A stretch of 64,000 nt of DNA, taken from Gammaproteobacteria bacterium (lineage in GTDB: Bacteria > Pseudomonadota > Gammaproteobacteria > UBA4575). This document shows, one piece after another, positions 20,038-28,718 of this stretch. Below the pieces are notes generated by a model. The model was not told where the DNA came from. It was given only the letters and a program-made list of their open reading frames with translations, and ran no database searches. The stretch's first letter is position 1. Every line of letters starts with the position of its first letter. Made by a program: the position numbers and the translations under genes. The stretch is from positions 77,406 to 141,405 of the forward strand of contig OZ242174.1 of the NCBI GenBank assembly GCA_965205685.1, read 5' to 3'.

Positions 20038-21515
20038 TGCTGGCTCATTTACCTGCATTACAAGTGGTGATCCCCCTGATCAGTGCACCCGCCTGTGTAC
20101 TGGTAACACGGGCCAACTGGGCCTGGTTGCTGGCAACTGCGGTGAGCATCATTTCTTTTGCCATCGCCTTGCTGCTGGTGCACGAAGTGTCCGTACATGG
20201 CGTGTTGTCCTACCACCTGGGCGGCTGGAGACCACCGCTGGGAATCGAATACCGCATCGACCACCTAAGCGCCTATTTGTTAACCATCGTGGCTGCAACG
20301 GCCAGCATCACCATGATTGCGGCACGAGAAAGCATAAAGCAGGAAATTCCACCGGAGAAGGCCAGCCTGTTCTTTTCCGCATACCTGCTATGCCTGACCG
20401 GCCTGCTGGGCATCATTGCCTCTGGAGATGCCTTCAATATTTTCGTATTCCTTGAAATCAGTTCACTGTCCTCCTATGTGTTGATTGCGATGGGCCGTGA
20501 CCGGCGGGCCCTGACTGCGGCATACCAGTATTTGATCATGGGGACTATCGGCGCCACCTTTATATTGATTGGCGTCGGCCTGCTGTACATGCTAACCGGC
20601 ACCCTCAACCTCCAGGATCTACAGCAAAGGATACCGGCAATCGTTGACTCCAGAACATTGCACGCGGCCTTTGCCTTCCTGACCGCAGGAATCTCACTGA
20701 AAATTGCCTTGTTTCCGCTGCACCTTTGGCTGCCCAATGCCTATGCGCATGCTCCATCGATGATCACGGTGTTTTTGTCGGCAACTGCGACTAAGGTTTC
20801 TGTATACGTACTGCTGCGATTTTTTTTCGGCCTGTTCCCACAGGAAATTTCTCTACAGCAGTTTCACCTGGACAAGATCCTGCTGCCCCTGTCCATCATT
20901 GCCATCCTGACAGCGTCCTTTGTTGCCATCTTTCAGGAAAACATCAAACGCATGCTCGCCTATTCCAGCGTTGCACAGATTGGTTACATGACTCTGGCAA
21001 TAGGTCTAGGTTCTGCGGACGGTGCTGTCGCCGGAATGGTGTACCTGTTTAATCATGCGATCATCAAAGGCGGGTTGTTCCTGGCCATGGCCTGCGTATT
21101 GCTGAGAATCGGCTCGGTGCAACTTGAGGATTTCGCGGGGCTGGGCAGGCGCATGCCCTGGACCATGGCGGCCGTGGTTCTGCTGGGCCTTGGGCTGATC
21201 GGTATACCTTTTACGGCAGGGTTTGTCAGTAAATGGTATGTGCTTTCAGCAGCGATTGAACAGGGGCACTGGCTGGCAGCCATAGTGGTCGTGGGGGGAT
21301 CACTGTTGACAGTCCTTTATATCTGGAAAATCATTGAACATGCCTACTTCAAGACCCCTGTAAGTGCCACGCGCCAGAGCCAGATAATCCTTGAAGCACC
21401 CCGGCAGATGCTGCTCCCCCTATGGTTACTGGTGGCAGGCAGCTTTTATTTTGGCCTGGATACCTCCTTTAGCCTCGGGTTTGCAAGTACCGCCATTCAG
21501 ACATTATTTCACTAA
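20037..21515 (+). CDS. Mrp antiporter subunit D (NuoM/N-like proton-conducting membrane transporter)
   Basis: 492 aa, polytopic. It contains ...FVFLEISSLSSYVLIA... and ...WLPNAYAHAPSMITVFLSATATK..., the conserved NuoL/M/N antiporter-module motifs. Confidence 0.8.
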   Translation: MLAHLPALQVVIPLISAPACVLVTRANWAWLLATAVSIISFAIALLLVHEVSVHGVLSYHLGGWRPPLGIEYRIDHLSAYLLTIVAATASITMIAARESIKQEIPPEKASLFFSAYLLCLTGLLGIIASGDAFNIFVFLEISSLSSYVLIAMGRDRRALTAAYQYLIMGTIGATFILIGVGLLYMLTGTLNLQDLQQRIPAIVDSRTLHAAFAFLTAGISLKIALFPLHLWLPNAYAHAPSMITVFLSATATKVSVYVLLRFFFGLFPQEISLQQFHLDKILLPLSIIAILTASFVAIFQENIKRMLAYSSVAQIGYMTLAIGLGSADGAVAGMVYLFNHAIIKGGLFLAMACVLLRIGSVQLEDFAGLGRRMPWTMAAVVLLGLGLIGIPFTAGFVSKWYVLSAAIEQGHWLAAIVVVGGSLLTVLYIWKIIEHAYFKTPVSATRQSQIILEAPRQMLLPLWLLVAGSFYFGLDTSFSLGFASTAIQTLFH

Positions 21516-21518
21516 GCA

Positions 21519-22985
21519 ATGATCCTGCTGCCACACCTTGAACTCGCACTCTTGATCCCCCTGCTGGGCGGGGCTCTGGTTCTCCTGTTCCGCAACCGGC
21601 CATGGCTGCGTGAGGCGGGTTCACTATTCGCTGGAATCCTTTTGTTCTTGTACATCACCCAGTTGCTGGGGCAGTACCACGGGCCCAGTCCGGTGCAAAC
21701 CTTGCTGAACATCTCTGCCAATCTTTCGATTGCTTTCCATCTGGAACCCCTCGGGCTTGTTTTTGCCTTGCTGGCATCCGGCCTCTGGGTTTTCACAACG
21801 ATATATTCCATCGGTTACATGAACGGGAATTCAGAAAAGAATCTCACACGGTTTTACCTGTTCTTTTCCATATCGATTGCAGCGACCATGGGCATTGCCT
21901 TTGCAGCAAACCTGTTCACGTTATTCATATTTTATGAGGCACTGACACTATCCACTTACCCCTTGGTGACACACAAACAAACCTCAGAGGCACGAAGTGG
22001 AGGGCGCGTCTATCTGGGGCTTTTGCTTGGCACCTCAATAATGTTTTTTCTGACCGCACTGGTCGTTACCTGGATTCGCGCAGGTACGCTGGACTTCATG
22101 CCCGGTGGTGTGCTTGAAGAGAATACCCAAGGGTTGGCCGCCGTGCTGCTGTTTACGCTGTTCATGCTCGGCATCGGAAAAGCGGCCCTGTTGCCGTTTT
22201 ACCGCTGGCTGCCGGCTGCCATGGTTGCACCTACGCCCGTGAGCGCCCTGCTGCACGCCGTTGCTGTGGTAAAGGCCGGGGTATTTTCCGTGCTGAAAAT
22301 ATCCGTGTACACATTCGGGATCGACTACCTGGCAACACAGGAGGCCTCGGGCTGGATCCTGTGGCTGGCGGTGGCCACCATGGTGATCGCTTCGATAATC
22401 GCACTCAGCAAGGACAACCTGAAAGCACGGCTGGCCTATTCAACGATCAGCCAACTTTCATACATTGTCATCGGGGCAGCACTGGCCTGGCCTGCGGCTG
22501 CACTGGGAGGTGCCCTGCACATCGTCACGCACGCTTTCGGGAAAATTACCCTGTTTTTTTGCGCCGGTGCAATTTACACCGTGACAAAATATACGCGAGT
22601 CAGCCAACTCAACGGTCTCGGCCACAAGATGCCATTCACTTTTGCAGCTTTCCTGCTCGCAGCATTCAGTGTGATCGGCCTGCCGCCGTTCATAGGCAGT
22701 TGGAGCAAATGGCTGCTGATTGAAGGCAGTGTGGACACACAGCACTATATCGTGCTGTTCGCCTTTGCGCTGAGCACCTTGCTGAACTGTGCTTACCTGC
22801 TGCCGATTGGCCTGCGCGCTTTTTTCAAACCGCCCGATCCGGCACAGGCAGTCACCGTTTCCGGGATCCAAGAAGCACCGCTTGCGTGTTTGATCCCCTT
22901 GTGTGCTACGGCTGCAGCCACATTGCTGCTGTTTTTCTATATTCAGCCCCTTTATGATTTTCTGTACCCCGTTTTCAATTCATGA
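21519..22985 (+). CDS. Second NuoL/M/N-family antiporter-like subunit (MrpD/MrpA-like)
   Basis: 488 aa, polytopic. It contains ...FIFYEALTLSTYPLV... and ...LPAAMVAPTPVSALLHAVAVVKAGV... (NuoL/M/N family). Confidence 0.75.
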   Translation: MILLPHLELALLIPLLGGALVLLFRNRPWLREAGSLFAGILLFLYITQLLGQYHGPSPVQTLLNISANLSIAFHLEPLGLVFALLASGLWVFTTIYSIGYMNGNSEKNLTRFYLFFSISIAATMGIAFAANLFTLFIFYEALTLSTYPLVTHKQTSEARSGGRVYLGLLLGTSIMFFLTALVVTWIRAGTLDFMPGGVLEENTQGLAAVLLFTLFMLGIGKAALLPFYRWLPAAMVAPTPVSALLHAVAVVKAGVFSVLKISVYTFGIDYLATQEASGWILWLAVATMVIASIIALSKDNLKARLAYSTISQLSYIVIGAALAWPAAALGGALHIVTHAFGKITLFFCAGAIYTVTKYTRVSQLNGLGHKMPFTFAAFLLAAFSVIGLPPFIGSWSKWLLIEGSVDTQHYIVLFAFALSTLLNCAYLLPIGLRAFFKPPDPAQAVTVSGIQEAPLACLIPLCATAAATLLLFFYIQPLYDFLYPVFNS

Positions 22986-23236
22986 AACGCAAGAAACACC
23001 GCTACTGGCTGGACAGTCCCGATAACGTTCGCAAGCTTGTGTACGGCCTGTATACCTTGTGCGCAGCATTGATGCTGCTCGACTTTTTTTATCACAAGCA
23101 CACCAACTTCCCTTTTGAAAACTGGTTCGGCTTTTTTGCCTGGTTCGGTTTCATTGCGTGCGTGGCCCTGGTCCTGCTCGCCAAACAAATGCGCAAGCTT
23201 GTGAAGCGCGACGAGGACTACTACGGTGATGTCTAG
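22982..23236 (+). CDS. Small 2-TM membrane protein of unknown function embedded in the Mrp-like cluster
   Basis: 84 aa, MKRKKHRYWLDSPDNVRKLVYGLYTLCAALMLLDFFYHKH...FGFFAWFGFIACVALVLLAKQ..., basic at both termini. Its start overlaps the upstream stop (ATGA) and its end overlaps the next gene by 11 nt, indicating translational coupling. Confidence 0.5.
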   Translation: MKRKKHRYWLDSPDNVRKLVYGLYTLCAALMLLDFFYHKHTNFPFENWFGFFAWFGFIACVALVLLAKQMRKLVKRDEDYYGDV

Positions 23237-24920
23237 TCTGAACCCGGCACTCATCCTGATACTGGGTGCGCTGCCGGCTTTGCTGCTGAAAGGCCGTCTG
23301 CGTGCTGTTTACGTACTGCTGTTGCCGGTGCTTTCCTTTTTGCAGCTGTACACTTTGCCCGCAGGCATTCGTACAGAGTTCGAGATTCTTGGCATGCTCC
23401 TGACGACCCTGCACCTCGACAGGCTCAGCTTCATATTTGCCGTGATCTTCCACATTGCGGCTTTCCTGTTGATCCTCTACTCATTGCATACCCGCGATCG
23501 CCTGCAGCAGATGGTTACCCTGATCTATGCAGGCAGCGCGATTGGAGCGGTGCTGGCCGGTGATCTGATTACACTGTTTATCTACTTTGAGGCGGCTGCG
23601 CTTTCCTCTGTGTTTCTGATCTGGGCACGGCGTACCCCGGCATCCTATGGGGCGGGTATGCGTTACCTGATCGTACAGGTCATTTCCGGACTCCTGCTGT
23701 TGACCGGTATCATCCTGCATGCCCGCAGCAGTGGGTCCATTGAATTTACCCAGATGAACCCCGGAACACCCGGAGGAGCGCTGATTTTTCTTGCTTTCGG
23801 GATCAAGTGTGCCTTCCCCTTGCTGCATAACTGGCTGGTAGATGCCTACCCGCAAGCTACCGTGACTGGAACTGTCGTGCTCTCTGCCTTCACGACCAAG
23901 ATGGCGGTATATGCGCTTGCAACTGCTTTTGCGGGAACCGAAATCCTGATCTGGATCGGATTGCTGATGACCGCCTTTCCGATCTTCTATGCGGTGATTG
24001 AAAATGATCTTCGCCGGGTGCTGACCTACAGCATGATCAACCAGCTGGGATTCATGGTGGTCGGTGTTGGAATCGGAACGGAACTGGCACTCAATGGCAC
24101 CGCGGCCCATGCCTTTGCGCACATCCTGTACAAGGCACTGCTGTTCATGAGCATGGGCGCCGTGCTGCTGCGCACCGGGCGCATCAACGGCTCGGACTTG
24201 GGCGGATTGTACAAATCAATGCCGTATACCGCAGGGTTTTGCGTGATTGGCGCTGCATCGATTTCTGCCTTCCCGCTGTTCAGTGGCTTTGTTACGAAAT
24301 CGATGATCATGGGGGCAGCCGCCCACGAAGGCTACACCCTGGCATGGCTGGTGTTACTGTTCGCATCTGCCGGTGTGTTTCACCATTCAGGCATCAAGAT
24401 TCCCTACTTTGCCTTTTTCGCCCACGACAGCGGCATACGCTGCAAGGAAGCACCCGCCAGCATGCTGTGCGCCATGGCCTTAGCCGCAGTGCTTTGCATA
24501 GGTATCGGGGTCTTCCCGCAAACCCTGTATGCACTGCTACCCTATCAGACCGGCTACCAGCCCTACTCGTTGACACACGTAATCACCCAGCTTCAGTTGC
24601 TGTTCTTCTCGGCGCTCGCCTTTACCTGGCTCGTGCGACAGGGTCTCTACCCTCCGGAATTGCGCTCCGTGAACCTGGATGTAGACTGGTTTTATCGCAA
24701 ACCTGGGCGTTGGCTGGCAGAGCATGCGATGCAGTCAATCGTGGCCGGTGAGCAAAAGATGGGGGTCTGGATCAAGAAGCTCTCATTCAGCGCAGGTACA
24801 CGCCTGCATCGTCATCACGGACCTCAGGGACTGCTTGCCAAAACCTGGCCCACCGGCAGCATGGTGCTATGGGTTGCCTTCCTGCTTGGCGTCTACCTGA
24901 TCTTTTATTATGTGTACTGA
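23226..24920 (+). CDS. Third NuoL/M/N-family antiporter-like subunit, with a C-terminal extension
   Basis: 564 aa, polytopic. It contains ...FIYFEAAALSSVFLIWA... and ...WLVDAYPQATVTGTVVLSAFTTKMAVYA... The C-terminal ~80 aa carry an amphipathic stretch plus a final TM, reminiscent of the NuoL/MrpA tail. Confidence 0.75.
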   Translation: MMSSLNPALILILGALPALLLKGRLRAVYVLLLPVLSFLQLYTLPAGIRTEFEILGMLLTTLHLDRLSFIFAVIFHIAAFLLILYSLHTRDRLQQMVTLIYAGSAIGAVLAGDLITLFIYFEAAALSSVFLIWARRTPASYGAGMRYLIVQVISGLLLLTGIILHARSSGSIEFTQMNPGTPGGALIFLAFGIKCAFPLLHNWLVDAYPQATVTGTVVLSAFTTKMAVYALATAFAGTEILIWIGLLMTAFPIFYAVIENDLRRVLTYSMINQLGFMVVGVGIGTELALNGTAAHAFAHILYKALLFMSMGAVLLRTGRINGSDLGGLYKSMPYTAGFCVIGAASISAFPLFSGFVTKSMIMGAAAHEGYTLAWLVLLFASAGVFHHSGIKIPYFAFFAHDSGIRCKEAPASMLCAMALAAVLCIGIGVFPQTLYALLPYQTGYQPYSLTHVITQLQLLFFSALAFTWLVRQGLYPPELRSVNLDVDWFYRKPGRWLAEHAMQSIVAGEQKMGVWIKKLSFSAGTRLHRHHGPQGLLAKTWPTGSMVLWVAFLLGVYLIFYYVY

Positions 24921-24938
24921 GGATTTGGGATTGCAGGT

Positions 24939-25376
24939 TCAATGGATAGTTTGAGCCTCTTCTGCATCCCCGTCCATGAGATCCAGTACTGGGTGTAGCT
25001 CAGCGGAAGCATGGTGCAAAACCATGTGCCAGCTGCCGTTCGTCTTCCTGTAGATGTTGGTGGCAAAAATTTCAGACTGCAATTCACCATCGACATAGAT
25101 ATCTTCCACAACATGGTGCACCGCCACATCTTCCTCTAGGATCATGCCAGTCTTGTTAACCCTTAACTCGATGCCCTGCTCATAGGAAAACATCTGTTCC
25201 CAGCTCTTGCGAATACTGGATACGCCCTGCAAGCGGGAACCTCCAGGGTGTATGCAGACGATGTCCTTACCCTGACCCCATACGGACATCATCAATTCGA
25301 TATCCCCTTGCTGAAATGATCGGTAAAATGCCTGCTCGGCTTGTTCAGAAGTTGGGAAACAATTTGGGTTTTGCAT
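24939..25376 (-). CDS. SnoaL-like / NTF2-fold (ketosteroid isomerase-like) protein
   Basis: 145 aa; ...AFYRSFQQGDIELMMSVWGQGKDIVCIHPGG... is the NTF2-like pattern. It is convergent with the last Mrp-like gene. Confidence 0.55.
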   Translation of the reverse strand: MQNPNCFPTSEQAEQAFYRSFQQGDIELMMSVWGQGKDIVCIHPGGSRLQGVSSIRKSWEQMFSYEQGIELRVNKTGMILEEDVAVHHVVEDIYVDGELQSEIFATNIYRKTNGSWHMVLHHASAELHPVLDLMDGDAEEAQTIH

Positions 25377-25430
25377 GGTTTTCCAGTTAAGTTTTAAAAG
25401 TTCATCGACCCGAGTAGCATTTCAATTGCC

Positions 25431-25772
25431 ATGAGCTCGATAGAAACACAGCTATGTCACTACGACGAAATACCTGATCCAGGCAGCAAAGGCCTGGTTG
25501 TTGAAGCTCGCAATACGCTGATCCAGGTGTTTGTCGTCAAGAAAGACCAACAGGTGTATGCCTACGAAAATTCATGCCCACACACGCGAGGGCCCTTGGA
25601 CTGGGTGCCTGACCGTTTTCTTGACGAGGATGCAAATTATATCATGTGTGCCAACCATGGCGCCCTCTTTCAGATCGGAGACGGTCTTTGCGTCTATGGC
25701 CCATGTAAAAACGATCGCCTGCGTGCCCTGCCCTGTACGATCCGGAACCGAGTAATTCATGCGCAGCTTTAG
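25431..25772 (+). CDS. Small Rieske [2Fe-2S] domain protein
   Basis: 113 aa with CPHTRGPL ... CANHGALF (CxH-x16-CxxH Rieske boxes), plus an additional Cys pair, CVYGPC. Confidence 0.75.
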   Translation: MSSIETQLCHYDEIPDPGSKGLVVEARNTLIQVFVVKKDQQVYAYENSCPHTRGPLDWVPDRFLDEDANYIMCANHGALFQIGDGLCVYGPCKNDRLRALPCTIRNRVIHAQL

Positions 25773-25855
25773 GAGCCTGCAATATGGCATAATCTCCTGA
25801 CGGATCCAGCTTTGCACAGGTTGGGACTGAAGCCGGGAGAACGTCGGGGGCAGGC

Positions 25856-26149
25856 ATGGCAGAAAATTCGTGGATTTCCTTTTTCAGTGCAGTGGCAAGC
25901 TGGCTGCTGGCTGTTTTCCTAGTGGTGCAATTGTTGTCCGGCCCCTTCGATGGACGTTCCTGTCAAACCGCCTGTGTGAACACGATCTTCTGGATCTCCT
26001 TTGCCATTGCTGGTCTTGGCCTGATTTTCAGTGCCGGTGCCCTGTTCGCTGGCAAAACCGGCTGGCTGCAGAGCCTGTCCTTTCTTGCCTTGCTGGGCCT
26101 GGTGGGCATCTACCTCACCACGATGCTGATCGGCACCTTCGGAATTTAG
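25856..26149 (+). CDS. Small membrane protein (3 predicted TM helices), unknown function
   Basis: 97 aa; MAENSWISFFSAVASWLLAVFLVVQLL... is hydrophobic throughout. It lies downstream of the Rieske gene on the same strand. Confidence 0.4.
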   Translation: MAENSWISFFSAVASWLLAVFLVVQLLSGPFDGRSCQTACVNTIFWISFAIAGLGLIFSAGALFAGKTGWLQSLSFLALLGLVGIYLTTMLIGTFGI

Positions 26150-26170
26150 GTCACGCTGGCCCGGCTGGGA

Positions 26171-28276
26171 CTACACCTGGCCAAACTCGATTGATTTCCC
26201 GAGCCACCGGTGAATCAGGGCATCTACCGTACGGGGATGCTCGGCAAACAGCCTTTTTGCACTTTCCTGTACCTGGGGAATCAGGTCCTGATCGCGCAGG
26301 ATATCCGCGATCCGCAATTGCAGCATACCCGTCTGGCGGGTACCCAGCACCTCTCCGGGACCCCGAATTTCAAGATCGACCTGGGCAATCTTGAACCCGT
26401 TATTGGTAGCGCGCATGGTGTCAATCCGGAGTTTGGCGTTTTCGGTCAGCGGCGCACTGAACAGCAGCACACAACTGCTTTCCTGGGTACCCCGTCCCAC
26501 CCGCCCGCGCAGTTGATGAAGCTGGGCCAGACCCAGGCGTTCGGCATTTTCGATGATCATCAGGCTGGCGTTGGCAACGTCAACCCCGACTTCAATCACC
26601 GTAGTCGCAACCAGCAGGTCAATCCTGCCGCATGCAAAATCCCGCATCACAGCATTTTTTTCCTGGCTCTTCATGCGGCCATGCACCAGCCCGACGGTGA
26701 CCTCCTCCAGCAGGGCACTCAGTTCCTGATACACGTTCTCTGCTGCCTGACACTGCAGCGCTTCCGATTCCTCAACCAGAGTGCACACCCAGTAGGCCTG
26801 CTGGCCACGCCGGCATGCGCTGGCTACACGCCCGACCACTTCATGGCGCCTTTCGTGCGGGACTGCAATGGTGCTGACCGGCATGCGGCCGGGTGGCAAC
26901 TCGTCGATGACGGAGTAATCAAGATCCGCATAGGCTGTCATGGCGAGGGTTCTCGGGATCGGCGTTGCGGTCATGATCAGCTGGTGCGGGCTGCCAACCC
27001 CTTGCACACCTTTTTCACGCAAGGCAAGGCGCTGGTGCACACCGAAACGGTGTTGCTCGTCTACCACCACCAGGGCCAGATTCCGAAAGCTGACGCCTTG
27101 CTGAAACAGTGCATGGGTACCCACGATCGCCTGCGCGCTGCCGCTTGAGATCCGCGCCTTCATTTCATTGCTCTGGCTGGAGGTCATCCGGCCCGACAGC
27201 CACGCCAGTTGCACGCCCAAGGGCGCCAGCCAGCTCGAGAAGTTCTGCAGGTGCTGCTCGGCCAGAATTTCGGTGGGTGCCATCACGACGGCCTGGTAAC
27301 CGGCCTCAATCACTTGCAGGCAGGCAGCAATGGCAACAAGCGTTTTACCACTGCCTACATCGCCCTGCACCAGGCGCAGCATCGGGTAGTTTTTTTTCAG
27401 ATCGGCAAACACCGTACCGATCACGCGCTGCTGTGCAGAGGTGAGAGCAAACTCCAGCGTTTCAATCAATTGTGCGTACAGGCGGCCCGGCGGTGCGATT
27501 GACACAGCAGGTTGCCTTTGCATCTTCAAACGTAATTTGAAAAGGCTCAATCGCTGGGCAAGCAACTCTTCGAAAGCCAAGCGGCGCTGCATCACATGCG
27601 TACCGGCCGCCAAAGCCTGCGTATCAGCCTCGGGTGGAGGACGGTGGACGAACTTCAGCGCCTCGATAACGGAGGTCTGGCAGCCATTGATTTCAGGAAA
27701 TTCAGGCAACAAGTCGAGATCAGGAACCCCATCGCCTTCAATCCAGCGCAATGCCTTCGAGGTCATGCCGCGCAAGGCAAGTTGATGCAGGCCCTCGGTG
27801 GTCGGATAGATTGGGGTCAGGTGATCCTCAACCCTGATCGCATCATGCGTGCGCTGGATCTCATATTCGGGATGCACCATTTCCAGGCTCGAAACCCCCC
27901 GCCTGACCTCGCCGAAACAGCGAACGCTGACACCCGGTGCCAAATTTTTCTGCTGCGTCTTGTTGAAATAAAAAAACCGCAACAGAATCCTGCCCGTTCC
28001 ATCGCTGACACTGACCAGCAGCATTCGCCGTTTCCGATAAACCATTTCACTGTGGTCCACAGTTCCCAGCAGCACACACTCTTCCCCAGGCTGCAAGGTC
28101 CCGATCTGGCGTATGCGCGTACGATCCTGGTAACGGATTGGCAAATGAAAAAGCAGATCCTGCACAGTGTAAATATGCAAGCGCTGCAAATGCCCCATGA
28201 TTTTGGGGCCGATGCCCTTGAGTATGGTGACCGGGGGGAATGTGTCCCGGTCCGAGGAACCTTCATCCCGGTTCAT
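26171..28276 (-). CDS. recG: ATP-dependent DNA helicase RecG
   Basis: 701 aa with an N-terminal wedge domain, the Walker A motif GDVGSGKT, the DEQHRFGV DEAH box, and ...QLRGRVGRG.... Confidence 0.95.
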   Translation of the reverse strand: MNRDEGSSDRDTFPPVTILKGIGPKIMGHLQRLHIYTVQDLLFHLPIRYQDRTRIRQIGTLQPGEECVLLGTVDHSEMVYRKRRMLLVSVSDGTGRILLRFFYFNKTQQKNLAPGVSVRCFGEVRRGVSSLEMVHPEYEIQRTHDAIRVEDHLTPIYPTTEGLHQLALRGMTSKALRWIEGDGVPDLDLLPEFPEINGCQTSVIEALKFVHRPPPEADTQALAAGTHVMQRRLAFEELLAQRLSLFKLRLKMQRQPAVSIAPPGRLYAQLIETLEFALTSAQQRVIGTVFADLKKNYPMLRLVQGDVGSGKTLVAIAACLQVIEAGYQAVVMAPTEILAEQHLQNFSSWLAPLGVQLAWLSGRMTSSQSNEMKARISSGSAQAIVGTHALFQQGVSFRNLALVVVDEQHRFGVHQRLALREKGVQGVGSPHQLIMTATPIPRTLAMTAYADLDYSVIDELPPGRMPVSTIAVPHERRHEVVGRVASACRRGQQAYWVCTLVEESEALQCQAAENVYQELSALLEEVTVGLVHGRMKSQEKNAVMRDFACGRIDLLVATTVIEVGVDVANASLMIIENAERLGLAQLHQLRGRVGRGTQESSCVLLFSAPLTENAKLRIDTMRATNNGFKIAQVDLEIRGPGEVLGTRQTGMLQLRIADILRDQDLIPQVQESAKRLFAEHPRTVDALIHRWLGKSIEFGQV

Positions 28277-28318
28277 TGGTTATGGGCCTGTACAAGCAGC
28301 AGTTAGGGGAACCGCATC

Positions 28319-28702
28319 TCAGCCAAGCTGCATCACGGCATCCATCTCCACGCCTGCGTCCTTGGGCAAGGCTGCCACACCGATCGCAGCACGCGCCGGG
28401 TAAGGTTTTGAAAAGTACCCGGACATGATCTCATTGACCAAGGGGAAATGGGCGAGATCGGTGAGAAAGATATTCAGTTTGACCACATCATCCAGCGTCC
28501 CTCCAGCCGCCTCGGCCACCGCCTGAAGATTGTCAAAGACCTGGCAAATCTGCGCCCTCATGTCCTGGCCTGCCAACTGCATGGAAGCCGGATCGAGCGG
28601 AATCTGGCCGGACAGGTATACCGTGTTGCCTACCTTGACAGCTTGAGAATAGGTACCGATCGCCTGGGGCGCATGTGCGGTTTCGATGATCTCGCGTTCC
28701 AT
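28319..28702 (-). CDS. ridA: RidA/YjgF-family reactive intermediate deaminase
   Basis: 127 aa; [38 protein letters not shown]... has the RidA fold. It sits between spoT and recG, as in Pseudomonas. Confidence 0.85.
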   Translation of the reverse strand: MEREIIETAHAPQAIGTYSQAVKVGNTVYLSGQIPLDPASMQLAGQDMRAQICQVFDNLQAVAEAAGGTLDDVVKLNIFLTDLAHFPLVNEIMSGYFSKPYPARAAIGVAALPKDAGVEMDAVMQLG

Positions 28703-28718
28703 TTAGAAATCTCCTTAT

